Shown: positions 9,018 to 19,425, counted from the stretch's first letter. The stretch: DNA of 64,000 nt from an uncultured Muribaculaceae bacterium (GCA_964018265.1 CAXHOY010000008.1:9605-73604); one strand, 5' to 3'. The notes: generated from the sequence alone by a model not told the origin. Translations and numbers: made by a program.

Positions 9018-10393
9018 ATATATTTCGAAATCATGATCGCTGCAATCATAACGGGTGCGGCATAGCGGATGATAAACAACACTACCGGAATGATGCGCGA
9101 GCGAAGTGAGCCATTGTTGCTGAGCTGGTCATGCAGGAGGCCTTTGGGTGCAAACCATCCGACATAGATGCAGACACCGAGTGACACTAATGGCAGGAGC
9201 ATGTTGGTGGTGAATGCGTCGAGCATGTCGAAGATTGTCAGACCGAACAATTTTAAGCCGGAGAGCGACCCAAATGACAACGAACAGAGGGCGCTGAGTA
9301 TGAAAAGCGGCAACATTACTGTCAGACATGCCTTGCGGCGGCTCATGTTGAAGCGGTCGCGCATGAAGGCAATCGAGACCTCGGCTATCGAAACGGTCGA
9401 AGTCAGCGCTGCCACAAAGAGCAGAAGGAAGAAGACAGCCGACCACAGTTGTGTGGCCGGGAGGCGCGAAAATACTTCCGGCAGGGTCACAAAGACAAGT
9501 GTAGCGCCTTCGAGCGGTTGTTTGTCAAGACCAAACGTCGTTACGGCCGGAAATATTATGCATCCCATCATCACGGCTACAAACAGGCTCATAAGTGAGA
9601 CGATGACAGAGGTGCGGGTGAGGCGAGTGTTGGCCGGATAATAGGCGGAGTAGGTGATAAGTATGCCCATGCCGAGCGACAGGGAGAAGAATGTCTGGCC
9701 GAGTGCATTGACAACGGTCGATGCGTCGATCTTTGAAAAGTCCGGCGACAGGAAGTATTGCAGGCCGGCAGATGCTCCTGGCAGCGACAGGGTGACGGCG
9801 CACAGAGCGAGAAGAAGGACGAAGAGAAGTGGCATCATTATGTTGGATAGTCTCTCAATGCCTTTCTGCACACCTCCGAGCAGGACCGCGATGTTGATGG
9901 CGATGACGATATATGTGAACAGCAAGGGTGAGAAATCATTGCACACATATTGCTCCATGCGTTGAGAAAATGCGATGTCGGCGGCCGTCAAGTCTCCTGC
10001 GCTTTCAAGCGGCCGACCGATCTCATAAAGGTTTCCGGTCAATGATTGCCACAGATATTCGGCTGTCCATCCTGCGACAACCATGTAATAGCACAGGATG
10101 AGGTAGCTGGCCAGGATAGCCACTGCTCCGACAATCCACCACTTGCTTTTAGGCGAAAGATGACGGAATACACCGACTGAGTCGCTGCGGCCTCCACGCC
10201 CGAGCGAAAACTCGGCAAGCATTACCGGCACTCCAAGTATGAACACACAGGCGATGTAAAGGAGCAGGAAGGCTGCTCCGCCGTTTGATTGAGTCTCGGC
10301 AGGAAAACGCCATACGTTGCCAAGACCTATTGCCGAGCCTACGGTGGCGGCGATAAGCCCGATTTTCGATTTGAAAAGATTGTTTGAAGACAT
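9014..10393 (-). CDS. Sodium-dependent neurotransmitter/amino-acid symporter (NSS/SNF family)
   Basis: GSAIGLGNVWRFP, GGAAFLLLY, GIERLS, LGQTFFSLSLGMG motifs; preferred start MSSNNLF at 10393, downstream of a -7 box. Confidence 0.92.
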   Translation of the reverse strand: MSSNNLFKSKIGLIAATVGSAIGLGNVWRFPAETQSNGGAAFLLLYIACVFILGVPVMLAEFSLGRGGRSDSVGVFRHLSPKSKWWIVGAVAILASYLILCYYMVVAGWTAEYLWQSLTGNLYEIGRPLESAGDLTAADIAFSQRMEQYVCNDFSPLLFTYIVIAINIAVLLGGVQKGIERLSNIMMPLLFVLLLALCAVTLSLPGASAGLQYFLSPDFSKIDASTVVNALGQTFFSLSLGMGILITYSAYYPANTRLTRTSVIVSLMSLFVAVMMGCIIFPAVTTFGLDKQPLEGATLVFVTLPEVFSRLPATQLWSAVFFLLLFVAALTSTVSIAEVSIAFMRDRFNMSRRKACLTVMLPLFILSALCSLSFGSLSGLKLFGLTIFDMLDAFTTNMLLPLVSLGVCIYVGWFAPKGLLHDQLSNNGSLRSRIIPVVLFIIRYAAPVMIAAIMISKYI

Positions 10394-10425
10394 ATATGCG
10401 GCTATGTGTGTTGTCTGATTTGTCG

Positions 10426-10474
10426 CAAAATTATCGAAAATATGCCAATAATTCAAAGAAATAAGCTAATTTTG
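10426..10474. promoter_or_regulatory. Divergent pair of -7 promoter elements
   Basis: TAATTTTG on the - strand (10426-10433, transporter) and TAATTTTG on the + strand (10467-10474, S41 peptidase). Confidence 0.65.
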
Positions 10475-10514
10475 CGTAAATTGTATTCTGCAATATAATA
10501 TTAACCGACAATAT

Positions 10515-13500
10515 ATGAAAAAACTTATTATTGCGCTGGGTCTTTTTGTCCCGGTAGCGGCGGGCGCTATAACCCCTATGTGGTTGCGCGACGCCAAGAT
10601 TTCGCCCGACGGCTCGAAGATTGCATTTACCTATAAGGGAGACATATGGACTGTCCCGGTGGCCGGAGGCAGTGCCACCAGAGTGACGGCTACACCGGCC
10701 TATGAGGCCAATCCGGTGTGGAGTCCTGACAGTCGGCAATTGGCTTATGCATCTGACGAGCATGGAAATTTTGACGTTTTTGTTGTCAATGCCGAAGGCG
10801 GAGCTCCGCGTAGACTGACTTTCAATTCGGCTTCGGAAATACCCGAGTCTTTTACCTCCGATGGCGGCGCAGTGCTTTTTTCGGCGTCAATACAGGATCC
10901 GGCTGAAAGTGCTGTTTTCCCCACAGCCCGTATGACAGAACTCTACTCAGTGCCTGTCGCCGGAGGAGACCTGACGCAGGTGCTTGCAACTCCGGCACGC
11001 TATGTCAGCAATATAGCTTCGCGACCAGGGTCGTTCCTGTATCAGGATGTCAAAGGGCATGAGGATGAATGGCGCAAGCATCACACATCGTCTGTCACAC
11101 GCGACATTTGGGTCTATGATGCCGAAAGCGGCAAACACCGTAATCTCACAGCCCGTGGTGGCGAGGATACAAATCCTGTGGCAGGCGATGGTGAGACCTT
11201 CTATTTCCTGAGCGAACGCGACGGCAAGACTGTCAATGTCTACGAGGCTAATATGTCCAACCCATCGGCGGCCAAAGCTTTGACTTCGTTTGCGACACAT
11301 CCGGTGCGCTTCCTGTCGAGGTCTGAAAACGGTCGCCTCGCTTTTGCATATGACGGTGAACTGTATACAATGGACAAAGGCGGCGCTCCGGTCAAGGTGT
11401 CTATCGATCTCATTGACTCGGATACTAATCCGACCGACATGCTCAATGTCAGCGGTGCCCGCGGTGCTGTAGTGTCGCCCGACGGTAAGTCGGTGGCTTT
11501 TGTCTATCGCGGCAATGTTTTCGTGACCTCTGTCGAATATCCCACAACCAAACAGATCACCGACACACCCGAGGCGGAAAGCAACGTAAGCTGGTCGCCC
11601 GACTCAAAAGCTCTCATCTACACATCGGAGCGTGACGGCAAATATAATATCTATCGTGCGACGATGGCCCGCGCGGGAGAAGAGCCCAATTTTGCCAACG
11701 CCACACTCATCCAGGAGGATGCCTTGTTCAATCCTGACGAACATGAGCGCACGATGGCCGAACTGTCGCCTGACGGAAAGAAGCTTGCATTCATACTCGA
11801 CCGCACCAAACTTGCGGTCCGCGACATGACCACTGGCGAGGTGCGCGAACTCACCGACGGCTCGACCCACCGCCAGCGCGGTGGAGGCTTCGGCTACAGT
11901 TGGTCGCCTGACTCCAAATGGATTTGTCTTGAGATTATCGACCGCAAGCACGATCCTTACAGCGACATCGCCATCATCAATGTCGAGAGCGGAGAGATGA
12001 CCAATCTCACCAACAGCGGTTACTTTGACGAGTCTCCGCGATGGGCCATGGACGGCAATGCCATCATCTTCGGGTCGGAGCGCTACGGCATGCGTAACCA
12101 CGCGTCCTGGGGCTCGGAGATGGACGTCATGATTGTATTCCTCAACCGAGACGCCTACGATCGTTTCCGCCTGTCGGAAGAAGATTATGCTCTGGTCAAG
12201 GATATGGAAAAGAGCAACAAGAAGAACGACGAGGCGTCAGACACGAAGAAAAAATCTGGCAAGGACACAAAAAAAGATGACAAAGACGGTGCGAAGTCTG
12301 AAAGCGACAAGTCGATTAACGTTGAACTTGATGGCATAACAGAGCGCGTGATGCGCCTGACTCCGATGTCTTCCGATCTGTCGTCGTTTATAATTACAGG
12401 CGATGGCGAAACTCTATATTACATCACCCAGGGTCCGGAGAAAAAGCAATTATGGAAAATCGGTCTGCGCAAAGATGACATAAAACTGGTGTCGAACATC
12501 GACGGAGCATCTTATTTCGATGCGACCAAAGACGGCAAGACGCTTTTTGTGTTCGGGTCATCGATGAAAAAACTTGATCCCAAATCAGATAAACTGACTC
12601 CGGTCACAGCGTCAGCGCGCATGACTGTCGATCATGCCACCGAACGCGAGTATATGTTCGATAATATCTCGCGTGAGGTTGCCGAACGTTTCTACACGAC
12701 CGATCTCCATGGGGTTGACTGGCCTGCCATGACTGCCGCTTACCGCAAGTTCCTGCCTTATATCAATAATAACTATGATTTTGCAGAACTTGTCAGCGAA
12801 TGGTTGGGCGAACTTAACGTCAGCCATACCGGAGGACGCTTCGGAGGTAAAGCATCGGCCAACGCTGACCGCACAGCTTCGCTGGGTCTGATTTATGACC
12901 TGAATTATCCGGGACCCGGTCTCAAGGTCGCAGAGGTTGTGGCCGGAGGTCCCTTCGACCGCGCGTCATCGAAACTCACCAAGGGTTGTATAATCGATCG
13001 TATCAACGGACAGCCGGTTGATTTCAACGCCGATTATACGACTGTGCTCAACAATATCGCCGGAAAGAAAACTCTCGTGTCATTCCACAATCCGGCCACC
13101 GGAGCAAAGACCGACGAGGTCGTGTTGCCCGTATCTTCAGCAAAAATCAATTCATTGCTATATGACCGTTGGGTTCGCCGTCGCGCGGCAGAGGTTGACA
13201 GCCTGAGCGGTGGCCGACTCGGATATGTCCATATCCAGTCAATGGGCGATGATTCGTTCAGAAAGGTATATTCAGATGTCCTCGGCAAATATAACGACCG
13301 TGAAGGCATTGTCATCGACATCCGTTGGAATGGTGGCGGTCGTCTCCACGAAGACATCGAAATACTTTTCAGTGGCAAGAAATACTTCACCCAGGAAATC
13401 CGTGGCGAACAGACCTGCGATATGCCTTCACGCCGTTGGAACAAACCTTCGGTCATGCTGATGAGCGAGGCTTGCTATTCTAATGCACATGGCACCCCCT

Positions 13501-13775
13501 GGGTCTATAAACATCGCGGTCTCGGCAAACTTGTCGGCATGCCTGTCCCCGGCACGATGACTTCAGTCAATTGGGTCACAATGCAGGATCCGTCGCTCAT
13601 ATTCGGTATCCCTGTTGTCGGTTACCGTCTGGCGGATGGCACAGTGCTCGAAAATCAGCAACTCGAACCTGACGTTAAGATAGCCAATGATCCTGCCACT
13701 GTAGTCAAAGGAGAGGACCTTCAGTTGAAAGCCGCCGTCGAGGAACTGCTCAAAGAGATTGACGCCGCTAAATAA
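10515..13775 (+). CDS. Tricorn-like S41 peptidase (PD40 beta-propeller repeats, PDZ, S41 domain)
   Basis: Signal peptide; repeated WSPD/SPDG propeller motifs; GELNVSHTG, DIRWNGGG, CYSNAH, GKLVGMPVPG. Confidence 0.92.
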   Translation: MKKLIIALGLFVPVAAGAITPMWLRDAKISPDGSKIAFTYKGDIWTVPVAGGSATRVTATPAYEANPVWSPDSRQLAYASDEHGNFDVFVVNAEGGAPRRLTFNSASEIPESFTSDGGAVLFSASIQDPAESAVFPTARMTELYSVPVAGGDLTQVLATPARYVSNIASRPGSFLYQDVKGHEDEWRKHHTSSVTRDIWVYDAESGKHRNLTARGGEDTNPVAGDGETFYFLSERDGKTVNVYEANMSNPSAAKALTSFATHPVRFLSRSENGRLAFAYDGELYTMDKGGAPVKVSIDLIDSDTNPTDMLNVSGARGAVVSPDGKSVAFVYRGNVFVTSVEYPTTKQITDTPEAESNVSWSPDSKALIYTSERDGKYNIYRATMARAGEEPNFANATLIQEDALFNPDEHERTMAELSPDGKKLAFILDRTKLAVRDMTTGEVRELTDGSTHRQRGGGFGYSWSPDSKWICLEIIDRKHDPYSDIAIINVESGEMTNLTNSGYFDESPRWAMDGNAIIFGSERYGMRNHASWGSEMDVMIVFLNRDAYDRFRLSEEDYALVKDMEKSNKKNDEASDTKKKSGKDTKKDDKDGAKSESDKSINVELDGITERVMRLTPMSSDLSSFIITGDGETLYYITQGPEKKQLWKIGLRKDDIKLVSNIDGASYFDATKDGKTLFVFGSSMKKLDPKSDKLTPVTASARMTVDHATEREYMFDNISREVAERFYTTDLHGVDWPAMTAAYRKFLPYINNNYDFAELVSEWLGELNVSHTGGRFGGKASANADRTASLGLIYDLNYPGPGLKVAEVVAGGPFDRASSKLTKGCIIDRINGQPVDFNADYTTVLNNIAGKKTLVSFHNPATGAKTDEVVLPVSSAKINSLLYDRWVRRRAAEVDSLSGGRLGYVHIQSMGDDSFRKVYSDVLGKYNDREGIVIDIRWNGGGRLHEDIEILFSGKKYFTQEIRGEQTCDMPSRRWNKPSVMLMSEACYSNAHGTPWVYKHRGLGKLVGMPVPGTMTSVNWVTMQDPSLIFGIPVVGYRLADGTVLENQQLEPDVKIANDPATVVKGEDLQLKAAVEELLKEIDAAK

Positions 13776-13801
13776 AGAATATTTGAAATATTTGTCAAAC
13801 T

Positions 13802-13837
13802 GAGGGTGGGGGAATTTCCTTCACCCTCTGTTTTTTG
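13802..13837 (+). terminator. Intrinsic terminator after S41 peptidase
   Basis: GAGGGTG / CACCCTC stem followed by TGTTTTTTG. Confidence 0.7.
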
Positions 13838-14074
13838 CAGACCTCCGAACTATGCCGGCTTTTCATGGCGTTTTGATAGCTGACTTTGGAGTCAAAAAAA
13901 CGCAATATTCAATCTGAATAGGAAATGACAGAATGCTTGCCTCTGTTTGGTCTGCATGGCAATGTGTTTGGCGCGGAAACCTGTAGTTGCACCTGCATGG
14001 CATTATGGAATTGTGTCTGTCATGCTAAATCTGAGTAAGTAATATTATAAGCTTTGATGTCTGAGTTATAAAAG

Positions 14075-14102
14075 AAAAATCGGCCCGGATGGGCCGATTT
14101 TT
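14075..14102. terminator. Bidirectional terminator downstream of efp
   Basis: AAAAATCGGCCC-GGAT-GGGCCGATTTTT perfect inverted repeat. Confidence 0.85.
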
Positions 14103-14145
14103 TATCTGGAGTGATGGTTGCGGAACCACCGCTTTGATTTAGTGA

Positions 14146-14712
14146 TTAGGCTTTGATGCGTTCAACGTAGCTTCCGTCGCGTGTGTCGATGCGAACTTTG
14201 TCACCGATGTTGCAGAAAAGGGGAACGCGAACTTCTGCGCCTGTTTCAACAGTAGCGGGTTTGAGAGTGTTGGTCGCTGTGTCGCCTTTGATGCCGGGCT
14301 CGGTGTAGGTGATTTCGAGGACAACGCTTGTCGGCATTTCGCAGGTGAGGATGGTCTCGGAAGCAGCGTGAACCATAGCTTCGCAGATATCACCTTCTTT
14401 GAGGAACTGCACTCCTTCGATGCTTTCGCCGGGGATGGCTACCTGTTCAAAAGTCTCGGTGTGCATGAAGTTATAGCCCATGTCGTCTTTGTAGAGATAC
14501 TGGTAGGGACGGCGTTCGATGCGAACTTCTTCAACTTTTACGCCGGAGTTCCAGGTTTTGTCGATGATGCGGCCGGTTTTAACGTTGCGGAGCTTTGTGC
14601 GGACGAAAGCTGGGCCTTTGCCGGGCTTAACGTGCAGGAATTCCACGATGAAAAAGTAGTTGCCGTCGATGTCGAGGCACATGCCATTTTTAAAATCAGC
14701 TGTAGTTGCCAT
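14146..14712 (-). CDS. efp: Translation elongation factor P
   Basis: [47 protein letters not shown]. Confidence 0.97.
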   Translation of the reverse strand: MATTADFKNGMCLDIDGNYFFIVEFLHVKPGKGPAFVRTKLRNVKTGRIIDKTWNSGVKVEEVRIERRPYQYLYKDDMGYNFMHTETFEQVAIPGESIEGVQFLKEGDICEAMVHAASETILTCEMPTSVVLEITYTEPGIKGDTATNTLKPATVETGAEVRVPLFCNIGDKVRIDTRDGSYVERIKA

Positions 14713-14805
14713 AAAATAGGATGTCTTGTTATATTCTTGAGTGATAATTGTTCAAAAAGTAGAGTTTCAACCTGATATGAATGTTTATATCGGCCTAAAC
14801 AACTG

Positions 14806-14813
14806 CAAAGTTA
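14806..14813 (-). promoter_or_regulatory. -7 promoter element for efp (TAACTTTG)
   Basis: CAAAGTTA on the + strand, about 95 bp upstream of efp. Confidence 0.65.
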
Positions 14814-14887
14814 CAAAACTCCGTGATTTTTTCGACAACAGAGCTTAAGTTTTTTGAGTGAGCCGCCTTATTTTCGCCATTATTGCT

Positions 14888-14895
14888 TAACTTTG
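14888..14895 (+). promoter_or_regulatory. -7 promoter element (TAACTTTG) for the PEP-synthase-like gene
   Basis: Consensus TAnnTTTG 28 bp before ATG 14923; argues against the track start at 14854. Confidence 0.65.
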
Positions 14896-14922
14896 CTGAA
14901 ACTATTAGACCTGAGCGGAAAA

Positions 14923-17892
14923 ATGAACGAGGAAGCCCTGAGCCAATTATATCTCAAAGACACCGCATTCCAGAAACTGATGCAGAAGCGCATTTTCAAT
15001 GTGCTGCTTATCGCGTCGCCCTACGATGCGTTTATGATGGAGGAAGACGGCCGCGTTGAAGAACAGCTGTATTTTGAGTACGTGTCCCTCAACCTGAGTT
15101 CGCCGCCGCGAGTTACGCGTGTGTCATCATCGGCCGACGCGGTCGAGGCTCTCAAGGCAAATCATTTCGATCTGGTGATAACTATGCCGAGCATGGATAT
15201 CTCTGAGACATTTTCCGGTGCTGCCGACATCAAGGCTGTCGATCCGACGATACCGGTCGTGGTGTTGACACCATTCTCAAAAGAAGTCTCGCGCCGGCTC
15301 GAAAATGAAGACTTCACCCATGTCGATTATGTGTTCAGTTGGTTGGGCAACATGGATCTCCTTCTTGCCATCATCAAGCTTATCGAAGACAAGATGAATG
15401 CCGACGACATCACAGATGTCGGGGTGCAGATGCTATTGTTGGTTGAGGATTCGGTGAGGTTTTATTCGTCGATATTACCGACGGTCTATAAGTTTCTGCT
15501 CAAACAGTCGATGGTCTTTTCAACAGAGGCCCTCAATGAGCATGAGCAGCGCCTGCGCATGCGGGGACGCCCTAAGGTGATGCTTGCCCGCGATTACGAG
15601 GAGGCCCGTGACCTATTTGAAAAATATAAGGACAACATACTCGGTGTGATAAGCGACGTGTCGTTCAAACGCGGCGGCGAGAAGGACTCTCAGGCCGGAA
15701 TAAAGCTGGCAGAGTATATCCGCTCCCGTTCGCCATATCTTCCGATTATCATAGAGTCGAGCGAGATCGAGAATGCCGGTCGTGTATCCTCATTCAGCGG
15801 TGTTTTCCTCGACAAAAATTCGAAAAAACTGCCGGTCGACCTTGGAGAGGCCATCATGAGCAATTTCGGCTTCGGTGATTTTGTTGTCCGTGATCCGGCA
15901 ACCGGTTGTGAGATAATGCGTCTGAAGGAGTTGAAAGACATGCAGAAAAATATTTTTGCAATCCCTGATGAAGCGCTATTCCATCATGCGTCGACCAACG
16001 ACATCTCGCGTTGGTTTTATTCGAGAGCCTTATTCCCGATAGCCGAGGTTATAAAACAACATCGGTTCCGTTCGCTCGACGAGGCGCCTGCCGTAAAGCA
16101 ATTGTTCTTTGACCTGATCGTCAAATACCGCAAGATGAAAAACCGCGGTGTTGTGGCGGTTTTCCGTAAGGATCGCTTCGACTATTATTCAAACTTTGCC
16201 CGCATCGGAGACGGCAGTCTCGGCGGCAAGGGACGTGGCCTTGCGTTTGTCGATTCGATAATCAAGAAAAATCCTGTATGTGACAACTTTTCGGGTGTCA
16301 CCATCTCGATACCGCGCACGGTCGTGCTGTGTACGGATGTTTTTGATGAGTTCATGTCTGACAACGGACTCTATCCATTGGCTTTGAGCGACGCACCCGA
16401 TGACGAAATCCTGAGGGCTTTTATCGCCGCCAAGTTGCCCGACCATCTGATAGACGACTTTTTTGCGCTCTTTGAAGTTATAGACCGGCCCTTGGCCATC
16501 AGAAGCTCGAGCTTACTCGAAGACTCGCATTATCAGCCCTTCGCCGGCATTTACTCGACATATATGATACCATATGTCGAAGACAGCGCCGAGCGTCTGC
16601 GCATGCTTGTCGAGGCAGTCAAAGGCGTCTATGCGTCAGTTTTCTATAAGGCCAGCAAGGCATATATGTCAGCGACCAGCAATGTCATAGACCAGGAGAA
16701 GATGGCTGTGATCATCCAGGAGGTCATCGGTGAGGATCATTCCGGTTACTATTTTCCGTCGTTTTCGGGAGTCGGTCGCTCGCTCAATTACTATCCGATA
16801 GGAGAGGAGACGACCGAAGACGGGGTTGCCGAGGTTGCGGTCGGACTCGGAAAGTATATCGTCGACGGAGGTCTGAGCCTGCGCTTCTCTCCGCGTCATC
16901 CCGATAAAGTGCTGCAGACATCGACTCTCGAACTGGCTTTACGCGATACGCAGAACGAACTGTATGCCCTTGGCCCGAACGATTCTTCGCTTGAGATGTC
17001 GTCTGACGATGGTTTCAACATTGTCAGGAAGGCGGTCAGGGATTTTGCGGGAACCGGTGCCTTGCGCTATCTCGTGTCAACCTTTGATCCTCAGAACGGC
17101 ATATTGATGGATTATGACGCACCCGGACGCGGACGCAAGGTGGTGACTTTTGCCAATGTGTTGCGCGATAAAGTGTTCCCGCTTGCACCTGCAGTAGATT
17201 TCATGCTTAAACAAGGGCAGACTGAGATGCAGCGTCCTGTCGAAATCGAGTTTGCCGGCAACATTTATCCGGCTCCTACGGCCGACGGCATCAAAGGCCA
17301 TATATATTGGCTTCAGATACGTCCGATAATAGACAAAAAAGAGAATGTCGATGAGACGGCTTTGAATGCCGACGACGAGAAACTGATACTTCGCAGCAAC
17401 ACTGCGCTCGGACATGGAAACATCGACGGTGTCCGCACTGTGGTGTATGTGCGACCCGAAAGTTTCAACTCTCTTGACAATCCGGCTGTTGCCCTCGAAC
17501 TCAACGGTCTCAACCGACGTCTTGTCGATGACGGTGAACCTTATGTGCTGATAGGGCCCGGTCGCTGGGGTTCGAGTGATCCGGCGCTTGGCGTACCGGT
17601 AAAATGGCCCGATATTTCCGGCGCACGGCTCATTGTGGAGTCGTCTTTGAGCAACTATCGCATTGAGCCAAGCCAGGGCACACACTTTTTCCATAATCTG
17701 ACTTCTTTCGGGGTGGGGTATTTCACCATCAATCCATTCAGTGACGACGGTCTGTATGATGTGGCGTTTCTCGATGGCTATCCGGCTGTCTACGAATCAG
17801 AGCATCTCAGAATTGTCCGTTTCGACAGTCCGCTTGTTGTGGCAATTGACGGGCGTAAGGGTAAAGGAGTCGTGTTCAAACCTGATTTTTAA
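14923..17892 (+). CDS. PEP/pyruvate-binding (PPDK_N) domain protein with N-terminal receiver-like domains
   Basis: Receiver-like segments (VLLIAS..D, DLVITM; LLLVEDS, GVISDV), then RIGDGSLGGKGRGLAF, LAIRSSSLLEDS...PFAGIY, MAVIIQEV, VEIEFA, WLQIRP of the dikinase nucleotide-binding domain; C-terminal SQGTHFFHNL. Confidence 0.82.
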   Translation: MNEEALSQLYLKDTAFQKLMQKRIFNVLLIASPYDAFMMEEDGRVEEQLYFEYVSLNLSSPPRVTRVSSSADAVEALKANHFDLVITMPSMDISETFSGAADIKAVDPTIPVVVLTPFSKEVSRRLENEDFTHVDYVFSWLGNMDLLLAIIKLIEDKMNADDITDVGVQMLLLVEDSVRFYSSILPTVYKFLLKQSMVFSTEALNEHEQRLRMRGRPKVMLARDYEEARDLFEKYKDNILGVISDVSFKRGGEKDSQAGIKLAEYIRSRSPYLPIIIESSEIENAGRVSSFSGVFLDKNSKKLPVDLGEAIMSNFGFGDFVVRDPATGCEIMRLKELKDMQKNIFAIPDEALFHHASTNDISRWFYSRALFPIAEVIKQHRFRSLDEAPAVKQLFFDLIVKYRKMKNRGVVAVFRKDRFDYYSNFARIGDGSLGGKGRGLAFVDSIIKKNPVCDNFSGVTISIPRTVVLCTDVFDEFMSDNGLYPLALSDAPDDEILRAFIAAKLPDHLIDDFFALFEVIDRPLAIRSSSLLEDSHYQPFAGIYSTYMIPYVEDSAERLRMLVEAVKGVYASVFYKASKAYMSATSNVIDQEKMAVIIQEVIGEDHSGYYFPSFSGVGRSLNYYPIGEETTEDGVAEVAVGLGKYIVDGGLSLRFSPRHPDKVLQTSTLELALRDTQNELYALGPNDSSLEMSSDDGFNIVRKAVRDFAGTGALRYLVSTFDPQNGILMDYDAPGRGRKVVTFANVLRDKVFPLAPAVDFMLKQGQTEMQRPVEIEFAGNIYPAPTADGIKGHIYWLQIRPIIDKKENVDETALNADDEKLILRSNTALGHGNIDGVRTVVYVRPESFNSLDNPAVALELNGLNRRLVDDGEPYVLIGPGRWGSSDPALGVPVKWPDISGARLIVESSLSNYRIEPSQGTHFFHNLTSFGVGYFTINPFSDDGLYDVAFLDGYPAVYESEHLRIVRFDSPLVVAIDGRKGKGVVFKPDF

Positions 17893-17915
17893 TTCATGAA
17901 GATTTTTCTATAAAA

Positions 17916-19280
17916 ATGTCCATCTTTAATACAATAAAAAAGTCGCTCGGTTTTGGCAATGATGTCGATGACGAATTGCTTGATGACACTACGGATGCAG
18001 CTGAAAGCCCCGAACAAGCGAGGGCTGAGCGTGAGACCATAGAACAGGGTCAGGAGCACGAAAGCGAGGCAATAGCAATAGACCGGGACAAGGCCGATAT
18101 GATTTTTGACCGTGTGGTCAGCGTCTTCAACGAAGCGCTTCCTTCTTTTCTGCGTGACTGTGTTGACGAGACGGCGCAACGCAAGAAATTGTACGAAGGC
18201 CTGGATTCATCGCTCAAGGAGTATATTGAATCAGTCAGCAAGGAGACCCGTCGTCAATGCGAGTCACGCTGGGCGTCAGAGCAGGCGTCGATGCGCAATG
18301 AGATGGACAGTCTGCGCTCAAAAGCAAAAGAAATAGAACAACAGCGTTTTGACATCAAGCAGCAGCAATTGAGCGCTGACCGTCAGAAACGCGCTCTCAC
18401 AGACCGTCTTCATGACCTTGAAGCTCAGGTGGGCCGTCTCGAAGCCGAACGCGAGCAGTTTGATCTCGAGAACAAAAGTCTCGTAAACAAACTCAAGGTT
18501 GCCGGAGTCCATGAGGCAGAGATTGAAAACCTGCAGCAATTGCTCACCGACGCCAAGTCCGAAATATCCAGGCTAAGGTCCGGTTCGGAAGCAGCCCCTG
18601 TTGAAGACAGCGGAAAAATCAGCGAGCTTGAGGCCCGTAATGCAGCTCTCGAGGAGCAGCTTGAGGCGGCGGCCGAAAAAGACCGTATATCAACCGAGAT
18701 GTTCAACAGCCTTCAATCGCGTGCTTCTGAAGCGAGAGATGAGAATGAGAAGCTATTGGCGACAATCGAGGAACTCCGCAAAAAGCTTGAAGAGGCGGAG
18801 GCTTATAAGGCTGAGGTTGCTGAAATAGGTCGTCAGGTCGAGCAGTTTGAGGAGATCATCACTAAGCGTGAACGCAAGATTGAAAAACTTAAGGACACTT
18901 GCCGCACACTTCGCGACGAAAATGCATCACTCCAAAAGACTATCGCTGACAATCTGAAAACTTATGCCGAGTCTGAGGCATCGCTGACAGCACGTATCAT
19001 GGAACTTGAAGCTGACCCCACAGTGCCGATCGTAGCTTCAGATCTGGAGTCGTATACAGATAAGGCTATAGAAAAAGCGGAAGAGGATGCTGCGGTCAAG
19101 ATCTCTGACGGTGATCTTGCAGCGATAGAAGAAAGTTTTGACTCGGAAGACTGGATGCGCAGCGACCCGCCAGAAACTCCATCCATGCGCACCGGTGTCA
19201 GCGAAGCCGAGTTTGGCTATCAGGCTCCGACACGCAAGACTCCGCGCCATGACAACGATGCTCAGTTATCTCTCTTCTAA
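17916..19280 (+). CDS. Long coiled-coil protein with C-terminal QLSLF motif
   Basis: Heptad-rich E/K/Q/R/L composition over about 300 aa; amphipathic N-terminus MSIFNTIKKSLGFG; ends DAQLSLF*. Confidence 0.85.
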   Translation: MSIFNTIKKSLGFGNDVDDELLDDTTDAAESPEQARAERETIEQGQEHESEAIAIDRDKADMIFDRVVSVFNEALPSFLRDCVDETAQRKKLYEGLDSSLKEYIESVSKETRRQCESRWASEQASMRNEMDSLRSKAKEIEQQRFDIKQQQLSADRQKRALTDRLHDLEAQVGRLEAEREQFDLENKSLVNKLKVAGVHEAEIENLQQLLTDAKSEISRLRSGSEAAPVEDSGKISELEARNAALEEQLEAAAEKDRISTEMFNSLQSRASEARDENEKLLATIEELRKKLEEAEAYKAEVAEIGRQVEQFEEIITKRERKIEKLKDTCRTLRDENASLQKTIADNLKTYAESEASLTARIMELEADPTVPIVASDLESYTDKAIEKAEEDAAVKISDGDLAAIEESFDSEDWMRSDPPETPSMRTGVSEAEFGYQAPTRKTPRHDNDAQLSLF

Positions 19281-19425
19281 AGTGTGTTTTAATTTTAAGC
19301 ATACAGAATAATATTATTTTTATAGAATTGGAAATTATATGATATATGTTTCAGACACGCTCCATGAAAGTCGATAATGTCTGTAACATATTTAAAATTA
19401 TTAATATAACGTTTGTCGCTCAATT

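Noticed and set aside
17077-17694. Long antisense or alternate-frame ORFs (for example 17077-17694, 21865-22641, 38250-38846, 49773-50321)
   Set aside because: They lie wholly within well-supported genes and have no motifs; expected shadow ORFs in roughly 50% GC coding DNA
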